NCBI GenBank assembly: GCA_965113315.1
Contig: OZ220364.1
DNA length: 64,000 bases
From: Podarcis vaucheri
Taxonomy: Eukaryota
Reading direction: 5' to 3' (one strand)
The notes beneath the pieces are model-generated. The model did no database searches. It worked only from the letters and a program-made list of their open reading frames with translations, and was not told where the DNA came from. The translations under genes and the position numbers were made by a program. How positions within the stretch are numbered: the stretch's first letter is position 1; every line of letters starts with the position of its first letter. Below, in pieces: positions 25,456 through 39,024 of this stretch.

Positions 25456-27939
25456 GTTTAAAGAGAATTTGTGTTCTGCTCAGCTGGCAAAAATGACATC
25501 AGCCTCTTTCACTACAGTCTATACAGAAGGCTGGCAAAGTAGAGGGAAGAGCAGTAGGTGCATATGTTTGTTTCAGCCAAGAGCCCAATTTAAAGTAGAA
25601 AGAGAATCTTGGAGGAGTTTTGGATGAAAGAGCTGCTTTTCCTGCTTGATTTGACACAGGTAATTTTAAAATAAAGTAATATAGTTTAATTAGCTTTGAG
25701 CACACACACACCAATGTGTGTCCTTTAGTTTTATATCTTAAGAAGCAAATGTTTCCATCAGAGGCTCTTTGAACAGAGCCCAGGCGAGTGCATATCAGCT
25801 CTAAGTCATTATGCAAATTGCTAACTAGAATAGCCTTTTGCAAACATTTCAGCCAAAACCTTGGATTTTTCAAGTTAAGGAGGCACTTTGGATACCCTAT
25901 TCCATTCCCACTCATTGCATCAGACTGATTTATTTTTATGATTATTATTATTTAGATTTATATACCTTGAGGGGCACACGAGCAGTTCCTTGAAATGTTT
26001 CACCAGAATCATGCAGAACCAGCCTTCGTCTTGCTTCTGTGGCGCAATATATTTTATGGCATATATGTATGGCGCACATCTGCCACAAATAGGAATGTCA
26101 CTCTGGTGCACCTTGCAGTACTACCTACAGAGCTATCTGTGCCTTGGAATGGTTTGTTGAGGGCAAAATCAGATGCAATGTGAGAGACATGTGATCAGAT
26201 AACCTGACATGTTTTAATTTGCTTAGAAGTCGCTTTGCAGGAACAGAGGCAGCTGGTTTGGATAGGGCCCATGACACTTTGGGGAAAGGGGGTAACACTT
26301 TCCTTCCACACACAAAAATATCCCCCTTCCTCAAGCTGCTGAGGGTTAGAAGCTGAGAACAATATAGGATATTTGGATAGGACCTGTATGTGTGATTGCA
26401 ACACAGAATTGTGTGTATTCCTTTCCCTAATTTTCCTGGGGTTTTCTATCCTCTCCACTGAAGCCCAAATGCAACATGACATGTTAGATGCATATTTCTC
26501 TCGCAACATATTTTTATTCAATGTGGCTGCAAAATTGGGGGTATGGTCTCCTGATACCACTACAAACTCCAAACCAATGAGGACCAGTTAGACATCACAG
26601 AAACTTCCCCTTGTCAGTAAAATGAAGCGTGCACACATGAAACCAGTGCCTTGAAACCAGTTGGTGCTACTGCAAGCCCATCTCTTGGAAATGAATTTTC
26701 CTTGTTTTGAAAAAGACAGAGGCTGTGAATACTGTCCATGCAATCCAATAGTGTTATGGAAGTGGCAGTGAGTTCAATGGGACTTACTCCAAGGTAAGAG
26801 AATATAGGATTGCTGCCTGAGTTATATGGAAACTGACAGCTTTGAATACTAATTTTGCCTGATATTATGAGCTCTTAGCCAATTCATGTGTGCGGATTTT
26901 TGTCTGAACTTCTTGCCCAATCATTTCCTTACGCAATGAAACAGTGGGAATTAATTTGTTTCAAAAACGGCATAGAGCTTGTCAGCCTTCATTGGAGTGA
27001 AGATGCTCAGAGTTTGCCTCTTCCATTAGAACGCTATTTAATTAAAATTTCAACTCCTTAAAACAGGTCTTCAAGTGCCTCATTGCATTGAATTGTAGTG
27101 GGTAGCAGAGTGTGAATCATTCTCTAGGAACCAGTTTCACTCTCAGCTCTGCCTTTATCACCCACCATCAGCTAACAAACAAAGCTCCAGTTTTTGTTAC
27201 AAAAGCTAGTGTATGGGTTTTCAGTCAGCAGTTTCTCAAAGAGAGAATTCAACAGGTTGCCGCACTTGGCCTCAATAAAGACTTCAAAAGGACGTGCATC
27301 AATTGAGAAAACAAAACAAAACCACCATCCCATAGTGGGTTGATAATATAATTGCATGCAAATGTCAATAAAATATTAAGGCAATCTTCTGCTGAGTTGG
27401 TGGAAATGGCATCTTTATTTCGCACAGAGCTCTGCTGGATGATATCGAGGCTGGTTCTTCAATCAGTATAATTTATTTTATTTATTATTGAACAAAATGA
27501 TTATAACAAAACCTCTAAGCAGCTTACAAGAAATATTAAAATCATTGGTGAAAACATTTAAAAACAATTAAAAACATTTTAAAAATAATTAATTTTAACC
27601 GTAAAGGCTTATCAACACTTATGTGTCTGGATAGGCTTGCCTATCATAAAGGTCATACTGGCTAACAAAAACAACTTTACTGCTAAAGTATAGACAGAGG
27701 CGTCTATGCAACTCTGAGACAACCTAGAGGTGCACTGCTTCACTCTGCCATTAACAATAAACATGTGTTAAGCCTCCTCAGATGTTTTGGACAACAGCAC
27801 CCATCAGCCCTGACCATTGACTATTTTGTTAGCTGACATTAGCTCATTAAGGAAAGGAACAACAACAACAGTATCCCACCCACCTTGCCTCAGCCACTCA
27901 GCATCTTCCAACACATATGAAAACATAAAAGATTACACA

Positions 27940-28130
27940 TTAAAAACTTCCCTATATAGGGCTGCCTGTCTTCAGGTGTCTTCTAAAAGTTGTATGGTTG
28001 TTTATTTCCTTCACATCTGATGGGAGGGCATTCCACACGGTGGGTGCCACTACTGAGAAGCCCTCTGGCTGGTTCCCTGTAATTTCACTTCTTGCAGTGA
28101 GGGGACCACCAGAAGGCCCTTAGAACTAGA
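27940..28130 (-). mobile_element. Old L2 3' remnant
   Basis: GGAGGGCATTCCACACGGTGGGTGCCACTACTGAGAAGCCCTCTG resembles L2 22676-22722. Confidence 0.6.
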
Positions 28131-28882
28131 TCTAATTTCCTAAATGCTTTTAGTAAATAAATAAGTCGTGGTTACTGGTGGAGCAGACATGCTAACTTTG
28201 CCTAGATTGCTGTTTTTCTATTGTTTTCTTTGTGAATCAAAGTTAAGGTTGATACTCCAATTTAAGTGAAAAGCAGGTAGTATAATATTCTGGAGTATGT
28301 TCTGCGAGACCATCTTGTGATGTAGAAGGAGCTGGCAGGAAACAATGGCTGCTGGAAGTCAGCCTCTTAACTCGGGGATTTCATAAGCTGTAATTGCGTT
28401 AAGGGCAATAAGAACTCCAGCTAAATAAAGTGGCATGAAAAGAAGTAGTCAGCACACAGCAAATGGCACTGATAGCTCTTCACCCACTGCAAGCTTTAGA
28501 GTGTCGTCTCTGGAAATCCAACCACACATCCTAAGTGAAGAAAGTTAAGTCAGGTTTCGACTGGCCCTGCTCAAAGCAGAAATGGAAATCCCCCCCCCGC
28601 GCCCACTCCTCCTTGCTATTAGCTGTGGTGGTGAAGAATATCACTGTCAAGACTGCTCAGAGAACAATAGGCAATCCTGGAGTAGCTGGAGCTGTTTCAT
28701 TCAGGCACAGAAAAGAAGCTAAAGTTCATTTGCCCCTGAAAAGCTCCCCCCATCTCAGGCTATGTGTTGAAACCAGAAATTAGTATACACCCAGACACAC
28801 GAGGTTTTTGGTAACCCACCCTGCCATCACCAACATTTTGTAGAAAAGACTAATTGCCAAGTACCATATGCATGTGGGACCA

Positions 28883-29054
28883 NNNNNNNNNNNNNNNNNN
28901 NNNNNNNNNNNNNNNNNNNNNNNNNNNNNNNNNNNNNNNNNNNNNNNNNNNNNNNNNNNNNNNNNNNNNNNNNNNNNNNNNNNNNNNNNNNNNNNNNNNN
29001 NNNNNNNNNNNNNNNNNNNNNNNNNNNNNNNNNNNNNNNNNNNNNNNNNNNNNN
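28883..29054. other. Sequence gap (172 N)
   Basis: Run of N. Confidence 1.
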
Positions 29055-29411
29055 AATATCAGCTGAGCCTCACAAAATACCTTTGAAATGGCGTCAATGG
29101 TTTATTTATTTTAAACAGATCATTAAGATGCTATCATTAATAAACCATTTATAGGGAGGAAAGCCCCCCCCCAATAAAAAACCATAACCCCAAATTGCAA
29201 CTGCTGTGTCCAGAGGCTTCACCACTGGATAGGAATAGTCACTCAGGTGCGAGACTCAGAGGCTCCTGGATGAAGAGGAAGATTGGCTCAAGTCATAAGA
29301 GTAATCTAGGGTTCCTGGTAAATGGAACCATAGGGCTAGTGATCAGTTTGCAAATGTTCTTGGAAAGCACACACAATGCTAGCAACCAGAAGCACTTTCT
29401 AGCTTTCAAAA

Positions 29412-29545
29412 ATGATTTGCCATCTCTGCCTTCCTTCCTCTTGGGAGAACATGGACTTGGGAACTATCATTCATGCCATGGTGACCTCAAGGATTGATTA
29501 CTGCAGTGCGTTGCATGTGGGATTGCTCAAGATGGTTGGGAGGCT
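29412..29545 (+). mobile_element. Old L2 ORF2 remnant (host of the CR1 insertion; 3' end near 30230-30310)
   Basis: Translates to DLGTIIHAMVTSRIDYCSALHVGL versus DLATVIHATVTSRLDYCNSLYVGL in the young L2. Confidence 0.7.
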
Positions 29546-29736
29546 ATATGATGTGAAATGCCTGGGTGGTAGTCCACCAGGACCATGCATGAATCTGTTC
29601 TTTGCCATCACAGGGGTGGGCAGCCTTGTTGGGGTGGTTAGTTTTTTACTAGAACTATTTGAACCACTCTGCTTTTGCTGCTGTTTTATCTTTGACGACT
29701 TTGGTGATTCTAGCATTTTACTGGGTTTTACCATTT

Positions 29737-30175
29737 TGTCCAGAGGAGGGCAACCAAAATGGTCAAAGGCCTGGAAACGATGCCTTATGAGGAACGGCTA
29801 AGGGAGCTGGGCATGTTTAGCCTGGAGAAGAGGAGGTTAAGGGGTGATATGATAGCCATCTTCAAATATATAAAAGGATGTCATATAGAGGAGGGAGAAA
29901 GGTTGTTTTCTGCTGCTCCAGAGAAGCGGACACGGAGCAATGGATCCAAACTACAAGAAAGAAGATTCCTTCTAAACATTAGGAAGAACTTCCTGACAGT
30001 AAGAGCTGTTCGACAGTGGAATTTGCTGCCAAGGAGTGTGGTGGAGTCTCCTCCTTTGGAGGTCTTTAAGCAGAGGCTTGACAATCATATGTCAGGAGTG
30101 CTCTGATGGTGTTTCCTGCTTGGCAGGGGGTTGGACTCGATGGCCCTTGTGGTCTATTCCAACTCTATGATTCTA
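29737..30175 (+). mobile_element. 5'-truncated CR1 LINE (ORF2 C-terminus + 3' UTR)
   Basis: [39 protein letters not shown]...[14 protein letters not shown]; CR1 terminal TTCCAACTCTATGATTCTA; candidate TSD TTGTC (29736-29740 and 30176-30180). Confidence 0.93.
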
Positions 30176-30734
30176 TTGTCATTAGTTACTGTTACTTATT
30201 CATTTTACCGCTGCTTATTTCTGGTTTTTAAATGTATTGTGTTGTGATGTTAGGGGAAGCTGCCTTGGGAGGATTTTGACCCTAAAAGATGGCTTGTAAA
30301 TATTTAAAACAGAAAGCCAATGAGAGCCAGGTGCAAAATCGATACGATTAGCATGAAAGAGCAGGGTACCGCTGGGCAGAATCTGAGACTAGGAGTTTGT
30401 TTTCCCATACCGGAAGTGCACTGAGCTCACTGTCCCTTCAAGCACAAGTCTTTCTTCATTTCATCAGCCTAATTTTGGCAGGAAAAGTCATTTTGTTGCT
30501 ACTGTTGGTGAACTATTGAGAGTGAGAAGCCCTTTATAATCTATTGCAGAACAGCCAGAGAGACTAGTAGTTTCTAATATCCCCTCATACCTTATTGGTT
30601 CAAATACAAGTTTTGTCTAGGCAGGCATCCTGCTTCTAACAGCGGCCAGCCAGCAGTCACAGAAGAGCCTATGAGCAGATATGAGGACAAACATAATTTC
30701 AGTTGAGAGATACATTTCCTCTCAACATGGCTAC

Positions 30735-30981
30735 TGTTAAGTTGTGGGTGAACATATCAGACGACACAGCGATTCTTCAAACAGCTCTTGTTTATTCAAA
30801 GGCCAGAACAGAACTGAACTGAGGAGCTCAGTCAACCTGCTTATATAGAGCTCCAGAACAACGTAACTGTTGCAACTTTCTAAAACTATCCAATCACTGA
30901 ACGTCACTTTCAATCCTTCATTTGCATAACTATCTACAGTATCCCCCTGCTGGCCCAGGGTGAGAACTTCAGTACATAACA
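30735..30981 (-). mobile_element. Solo LTR, 247 bp
   Basis: TGTTA...TAACA termini; perfect 5-bp TSD GCTAC (30730-30734 and 30982-30986); TATATAA then AATAAA in U3-R order on the minus strand. Confidence 0.9.
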
Positions 30982-33468
30982 GCTACCATGGCTAAAAACT
31001 GCAGTTTCCCTGTAACCACCTATGTGGCTTGGGGACATCATTTCTTAAAGGGCATAATAATTTCTTTTCATCTATGGAAACGGATTTGCTCAGGGTTCCA
31101 CCTGTCTATGAAGTACTGAAATCTGCTAGGGTATGTAGAGTGAGGTTGCCTGACACATCAGACACCCCCCTTTAAAAAACCCTCAAATCTTTTTATTCTT
31201 CTTCTGAAGGTAACAAGGTCTACACAGAGAATTTTACTGCAGCAGACTCTACCCTCTGTCCTCAAATGAACTAATTGCTGGTCCTCATCCAGATAATCCT
31301 TGATCAGGATTAGAAAAATCACAGTTTATTCATTACTTCTCCAACATGTATGGCTTCCTTTTGCTATAAAGAACTCAAAGTTTTCACCACAAGTGAAGGT
31401 AGTTTCAAATGCTGAGTATACCAATAACGTCTTAGAAAAGGGGATTCCTTTTCCTAGGTATTACTTAATCCTCAACATTTCCTGGTAAGCAGCCCTTAGT
31501 AAACCAAGGGTAGAACACAATTTTAAACCTATGTAGGACATATTGGGACCATACCTTTTTCCAACACTTGTTTCCTTTTTAGAAAATGTACATATTGTCA
31601 AACTAAAGTAAGCACTGTACTATTTTCTGTGCATATGTAATAGGTTTTCTGCTGCATAATTTTGTTTTTCTCTCACTTTTCTTCAACACGTCTGATGCTG
31701 GAATCTTAGACATGGCCTTTGAACAAAGCTACTTTGGGGAAATAGGAGACTTTTTAAAAACACAGAAATGAAGTCAGTGTCTTGTTCTGTGTGTTATTCA
31801 TGTAGCGTTTTGTTAGGGCTGCCATAAGTCCGGATTTTCTGGGATACTACTGGAATTTCAAAGGTGGAATTGATATCTGGGGGGAATTTCCAAAAGGGGG
31901 CACTTTGTCCTCGATCTTAGGCAAGTCCTGGACCTTAGGCAATTCAGACCTCAGGTCTGAATGCCATCTGTCCCATAATACATTCATTACATGGCCTTGG
32001 GGGGGTGCATCTTGCACAATTCCCCACCACCACCACCACCAAGAGGAAATACACTTCAGCAGGCCAATATTCAGATGCCATTACATCTGAACCAGCAAAC
32101 CACGGTTTACAATTCTGATTAGGAGGAGGAAAGCAAACCACAGGTTGCCCATTTGAATGTAACAGCAGATGGTGTGTCGTGAGAGAGGGGGTATGGCAGT
32201 GAACAGAAACTCTTTATCTAAGCCTCAACTGCCCTGCTTTCATCTATATTAGGATAATATTGGGTTGTATCTAATGGTGTCACTCAGCTGATGGTAAGAC
32301 TTCCATCAGCAGAACAAGATGGAAGCCATTTTTAGCAATCTTCCCATCACCCTGCAGCCCCCAAATCTGATCTGGAGGGTTCCTCGGCTGAAAGATGCCT
32401 GACCACCAGCTGAATGACAGCATTGAACACAGCCCACTGTCACAGCTTTCCTGACAGTTGTAAGGATTGTGATGTTATGTGAAGCACTTTGAGCACTTCA
32501 GAGCATTGTATATAAATTATATAACTGTTGTTTTCTATCCTTCTTTAATTGTTTGCTAGAGTGCCATCTAGCTTCAGCTGATTGATTAAATGGGATCTGA
32601 ACTGATAATCAGAATGTTGCCCTCACCCATTTCTGATGACATTGGGTTGTATCCAACGTTAGTGATACTCATAATATATCTACTGAAATTACTAGCATGA
32701 CTAACTTAAGCCTCTAAACTCCAATGAGTCTATTTTGACTAGGACTAACATACAAACAACCCATTGTTTTGCCCATTACAGAGACTAAAGGTTGATATGT
32801 TTGCTGTGTCCAAAGATGAGTTCTGTGGCAACTGCAAAATACAGCATATTTCTATTGTGGGGTTTCAAAGATTTTAGTCCATTTGTTTGGAAAAACCGGG
32901 CAAATTCTTTTCAAGTTATAATAAGCAATACATGGGGGGGGGGGGGTTAAAGCTTTACAAATTTCAAGAAACACTGCCAAAAGCACAGCTTTTCTTTGAT
33001 TTAACATAACATATTTACTTATGTATGATAATAGCTTTGTGACACTGTGCGGATTTCAGCAAAAATCAGAAACAAGCAGGAACACATGCAGCCTCAGGGC
33101 TTGTACAAGTATTCATAGTGCACTACATAATACCTGCAGTTTTGAAACCAGGGGGCATTGTACCCCCCAGAGTTAGGCTGACTTAGAGGCATCCATACTT
33201 TTCACACCACTAGCACATTATTTCAATTCCTAGTCCAATTCTTTCACCTCAGGCTTGGGGCACATTAAAATATCATATTGGTTTACTACTTGTCAAATGG
33301 GATTTCTTAACTACATTTCAGGACACAAACCTCCCAAGACAATTCACAAGCATTTTTTTCATTAAAAAATAATAACCAGGTGCTATTATTTGTATTAAAT
33401 ACAAATTGCTGAAGTTCAATACCATCCCTAGGCATCATACAACAAACCTCATATACTGAAAAATATAA

Positions 33469-33622
33469 TCTGTGGCACAAAGGGCCAGTGTGTTTGGCTG
33501 TTAACCAGAAGGCTGGTGGTTTGAGCCCACTCAGGGATGGCTGTGGGCAGGATTCCTGCATTGCAGGGGGTTGGACTAGATGACCCTTGGGTCCCTTCAA
33601 ACTCTGTGATTCTATGATTCTA
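33469..33622 (+). mobile_element. SINE with tRNA-Asn(GTT)-derived head and CR1-derived tail
   Basis: 33469-33539 is colinear with vertebrate tRNA-Asn-GTT (anticodon loop CTGTTAA, 33498-33504); 33553-33622 matches the CR1 3' UTR at 30113-30175. Confidence 0.85.
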
Positions 33623-34640
33623 ATAATGCAAAAGATTAATAAAAGCAACATAAAATGTCCCCTAAGAGACAGAACATAAGGAAATACAACTTAGCCTATG
33701 CTACAAGAGCATAAGGTTTATTTAGAACCACAGTAAAACAATGAGAGCCTAGGCTTTGTTTTATAGGACAATTTTAATAGGTGTGGGTGAACAAAATGCT
33801 CTTCATCTGCACTGAAAAGACCATTCCCTCTTCCCTCCCTGACCATTTTTCCTTGCGTGCCATATTTCTTTAGATTGTAAGCCTACAGGCAGGGGACTGC
33901 CTTAATTAATTGTATGTAAGTCACTCTGGAGCCTTTTGGTCTGGAGAGAGGAGTACAAATGCTCTAAATAAATAAATAAGGTGCCAGGAAACTCTTCTTC
34001 AACTACTGGGGTGCTACCACAGAGAAAGCCCTTTTTTCTAGCAGCCGCCTGCCTCGCCTCGCCTCATTTGGTGGTGGCTCATAGAGCAAAGCCTTTGAAG
34101 AGGATCATAAGGTTTGGGTAAGTATATGCAAGGAGGCAATCTTTCAGTAAAATTACAGCAACCTCCTGATTTACAGGCAGCAAGAAGAAAAGTTAAAAGA
34201 ACAGCACTATGCGATTGAAATAGGAAAGTTTTCGAGGATCTTTTAAAAGCCATTAAAGATGGGCCCATGCATATTTCCTTGGGAACATTACAACAAAGAG
34301 GAAAACATCAAATCAATCATCTACTAAAATGCCAGGCTGTTAGCAGCCAAAATTTGGCAACTAAGCTAAACCAAGATTTTTTTTAAACGGAACAGCAGCT
34401 TTGCATCACTTGGGCCTAATGCAAAATTGTATCTGGCCAAATATATTCACCTCTTTTATTACAACCTTCTCTGTAATGGAAGCCCAATGAAGCAACAGGA
34501 GAGGTTCCCCAGCCAACCACCCCACCTCCATCCCCCTCCCCCTACATTGTTTCCCCCACCAGGCATAGTTCCAAATCTGTATTTCTAATGGAAGGGAATG
34601 AAAATGGGCCAAGGAAGGCCCCCAGGGATGGGGAAGCATA

Positions 34641-34750
34641 TCATAGAATCATTGGATTTTAGAGTTTGAAGGGGGACCCTGAGGGTCATCTAGTCCAAGT
34701 CTCCATGGCAGACGGCCATCCAACCTTTGCTTAAAAATATCCAAGGCAAA
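34641..34750 (-). mobile_element. CR1 3' end fragment
   Basis: Reverse complement reads TTGGACTAGATGACCCTCAGGGTCCCCCTTCAAACTCTA...GATTCTATGA. Confidence 0.7.
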
Positions 34751-37700
34751 GGACTGTACTATCACCATGGAAAACAATCTGGGGTTGCATTCCAGTCAGT
34801 GACCCACAATCACCAAACACTTGACACAAACACAAAGCTATTTCCCCATTAAAACACATGCAGACATTTACCATATTTTTCACTCTATAACACGCTCCAG
34901 ACCATAACACGCACGTAGTTTTTAGAGGAGGAAAACAAGCAAAAAAATATTCTAAACGAAATAGTGGATATATGATTTTTGTGGTTCATGCTGTGGCCAC
35001 AGACATGTGATCTGACAGTGAGTTTGGAGTAGCCCAATGCAAAAATCCTGAGGATCCATGTGGATCCATGCTTTGTAACCACGGAGGAGGGAAGGAAGGG
35101 GAACCATGGCTCCTCTGCTCACGACTGCAGCAGATCCCCCCCGCCACCCGCAGGCATTCGCTCCATAACACGCACAGACATTTCCCCTTACTTTCTAGGA
35201 GGAAAAAAGTGAGTGTCATGGTGCAAAAAATATGGTAATTCTTAGTAACTCCAGTCAAGTTTCACCTTCCATTTTCCCAAAACGCTTTGGGTGGAATTAA
35301 AGAAAGATCTAAACACTTTATCTGTTCTGTATTTGCAAAAAGTAAAAAAATATATATCAGTAATTATGGAAGACAGATGCAAATAACATTGCCTTACCTA
35401 AACCCTTAGATCATCTTTGGAAGACCTCCTCAAGATCCCCTCTTTGAGGGAGGCTGGTGTCAAGGGTGAGACCCTTTTCAATTGTGGCTTCCCATCTGTG
35501 GAATGCTCTCCCACCTAGCATCTTCTTTAGCATGTTCACACAAAAACCTGATTCTCCGCTGATCATTGTCTTCATTTCAGCATCCAAAGCAAGATTGGGG
35601 GGCGGGTGTGTGTGTTGCTGCCGCTAAACAATTTGTTAAACCATTCTAAATATGAAAGCCCAGCCAATCTACTGCTAACCACCAGCAGATCCTAGTTTTA
35701 CCTTTTGGCCACCCCCCAATACATAGCACCGCTTTTTGAAAACAGTAGCACAGTCTCCCCTAGCCTGGTGGCCTTCCAGATGTTTTTGGGACTACAACTC
35801 CCATACTTCCTGACTAGTGGTGATGCTGAATGGCTCTGATGGGAGCTATAGTCCAACAACATCTGCAGGGACACAGATGGAGAAAGTTGCAGCACTGGAT
35901 AACAGGTTTCATCTGAAATCTTACTGGCTTGGAATCTGGAAAGAAAGCAGAAATGTATGTATTGCATCCAGCACTCTCCCCGTGATAGATTAATATGCAT
36001 TATGCTGGCTTCAGCAATCAGACTTTGCTGTGTAGCTGTTGAATCGAATTGTTTTATACCACAATAGGAATTAAATGCATTTCTTTGCCCCTGTGAACAT
36101 TTCCAGGAAGGGCTTTAAATGTGAAATCTGTTCTCTTTCACATCAGCATGTTTTATTGGAACCACTACCTGTCTACCAGTTTATTTATTTGTGTGGTGGA
36201 ATACTAGGCTCTTTTTTTTGCTAATTTGCATTGTTAAAATAAGCTGGTTTTGTAGAATGTAGAGAGCACTCTTTTAGTGGTGCAAAGGAACGGGGAGATG
36301 CCAACTTGAAAGGATACTGGCGCCCAGCATGCAGCTGGGCACCAGAAAACGAAAAGGGAACAAAACGAAACAAATACTCTTGCCAGCTCTGCCTAGGCTT
36401 CCTGATGGAAGGAAAATGGGAGTTCTGTTTGCAGAGACAAAGGCACGGGTACCAAACAGTTGACTGTTAACCTCACCAGCCCAATTCAATGTGACAGTGA
36501 CACTTCACAGCACATTGCATCCAATCTCTTTTGAAGCTGACGAAGATTGTTTCTGTTTTATATCTATTGGTTTATTAATGGACCACAGCCTCTTAAACAG
36601 ATGCATATTCATTAGGTAGCCAGCTGTTCGGAGGTTCCCAGATGTCGAATGTAGCTTTGTCTTAGAATGTGTGTGTGCTTTTCTTTCTTTTTTAAAAAAG
36701 CCCCTTATCATGAAACAAAGTAATTCAGGCCTATTAAAAGAGCTAGTTAATTACTAAACTGGTGCCTTATGGCACCCAGTCATTCTTTTGCCCCTTTTTA
36801 TGATTTGAGTCATAAAAACCTTGGGGACTTATTTAAGAAAGCCATCCAATACTTTAAAATGAAACACTACAGAATTTTAGACTCCTTTGTGTAATTGTAT
36901 CTACTAGAAGAACTCACCTAAATTGGCAGCTGAGTTGTACATTATGGGCCGAGGTCAGAGATAGCACAGATTCTCAAAACTATGGGGTGGAAGCCTTACC
37001 CGCAATAGCCTAGAGAAACAAAAGTAGGCAATTTGCATTCAATCTCTGCTGTTGCCATTGAATATTGGACTTGAAGATTGGGGGGGAAATGCAAAGAGAA
37101 ATTCTAGCATGCCTATGGGAGGTTATGGTACATGCAGGAGCAATATACACGGTACAGGTCTGTGCTGTAACTGGGTGAGAGGTATTCATGGCTCCTTTGT
37201 AATTATTTGTTTCATACAGTGAATTTCCCACACATTTGAGCAGTGCTAAGTCTCTTTTCAACAACAACCAAACCTTCAACTTGAATGGGGAAGTAGAAAT
37301 CCAAGAACTTTGCAGATATAACAGCTGCCATCAGAGAAATTGCTTCCTGCAGCTACAGCTTTGCCCTTCCCCATTCATGGTTTTTATTTTCCCCACCCAA
37401 GCAGGCAACAAATCACTGGTTTGGAGCCAAGATGGCTCAGTTGAAGTGGGGATGCAAAAGCTCTAAAGGATAGAAGGGCCCCAATACCTAGTGACCAGAA
37501 AAGCATGGGACTGAAATGCATGAACATGGTTACGTAGCTGGATTCTGTTGCATAAGTAAAACCTTATCACAGATATACAACCAATCATGAGATTCTCTTT
37601 TTAAGAATTACTTGTAATCACAATTTCTTACCTTACGTGGTTGCTTTGCTCCAGCTTTACACAAGCACTGGCTAAGGGCAGGTTTAACTGGGAATTTTCA

Positions 37701-39024
37701 TTTTCCAGAGCCATTTTTCTGCATTGGTGTTTCAAGACATAGGACTCCATTCCATGCATTATCATCATATAAAGCCTTGTCAGAACTTGTCATAAAGTGA
37801 CACATAAAATGGCCATGTTTGATACAGACACCAGTGTTTGCCCAGTACAGGTCAGGCTGATCTTCACTTGTTGGTTTTCTTGTGGAATAGCAGTTCATGG
37901 CTCTTGTTCCGTTGGCCAATGGGTGGTGTCAAAAGGATTACAAAATTGTGGGAATGGGAATGGGGGAGGAGTTTCTTCCTGGCAGCTGCCCTCCTCTTCC
38001 TTGGAAGGTCCCTCCCACCCACTTGAGAAGAAAAGAATATTCCTGATGCTCATCAGAGTCTAGTTAGTGAAAAAGTAAAGGAAACACATTTGAACGCTTT
38101 TGCATTCCCCCTTCCTTTCATAAGTGTCAAGAGTATCACAGTCTTACGAATTTGACAGCTGAAAATTCATAGCCCAGTTGAATGCCAATTGAGCCCTAAG
38201 TCAGTCGTCTAAATGGGTTTGGTGGAACTTATTCCCAGGCAAACAGGCACAAGATTGCAACCATAATGACTATTGGAATACAAATTAAAATGAGAGAAGA
38301 AAAATCGCCTTCCAAAGTAATTTGTAACTAAAAAACAGCAATTTGAGCACATTCCAAATCAAAACTTTTATTACATTTCATATTCTACCTACATACACAC
38401 ACACCTCAATCTGTGTTCCACTGCCTGCAGAATTTCAACTTGCTACTGTGGATAGAAAGTGGGTTTCACTTTTGGGAAAGTAAGATGCAGCTTTGGAGTG
38501 AGAACCCAAGAGCCTAGTACACAAGCTATTTCAGGGAAGCGTGACACAACCAGGTGGCTTCTATTGGAATGTTGCAGAAAGCTGAAAGGACTATTGCTTT
38601 TCCAAATGTTGTTGGGGATCAAATGCAAGTCAAACTTTCTTTAAAACCTCCTCAGATATTTTGTAAATTCCAGAAATAAGCTATAATATTAAGCATAGCC
38701 AAGAAGCAGCCTAGTATGGACTTGCAAGTGAACCTGTGGCAAGGTCCTTTTGACAGTTCTAGCCACCCAGCAACACTATTTTCCAAGATACTTCATTCCA
38801 TTGCACCTCCCTCTGGTCCCTATTCAAGCATTTTGTGACCAATGAACATGTTAAATCCTCATTAAGCGCTTTTTTTTTGTTCCCCAACCCCCCTTTTAAA
38901 GTTTTTAACAAACAAAAAAACCTACTCCTGCACACATTGAGATCCTTCCATGCTTGCTAATGTTTGGATGGTGCTGTTTGGGCTACATAAGGATCTAGAC
39001 TCAGAGCGTGAGTCCACTATATAG

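Noticed and set aside
33469-33539. Functional tRNA-Asn gene
   Set aside because: TTCGA is mutated to TTTGA, stems show CpG decay, the 5' end is clipped and it is fused to a CR1 tail.
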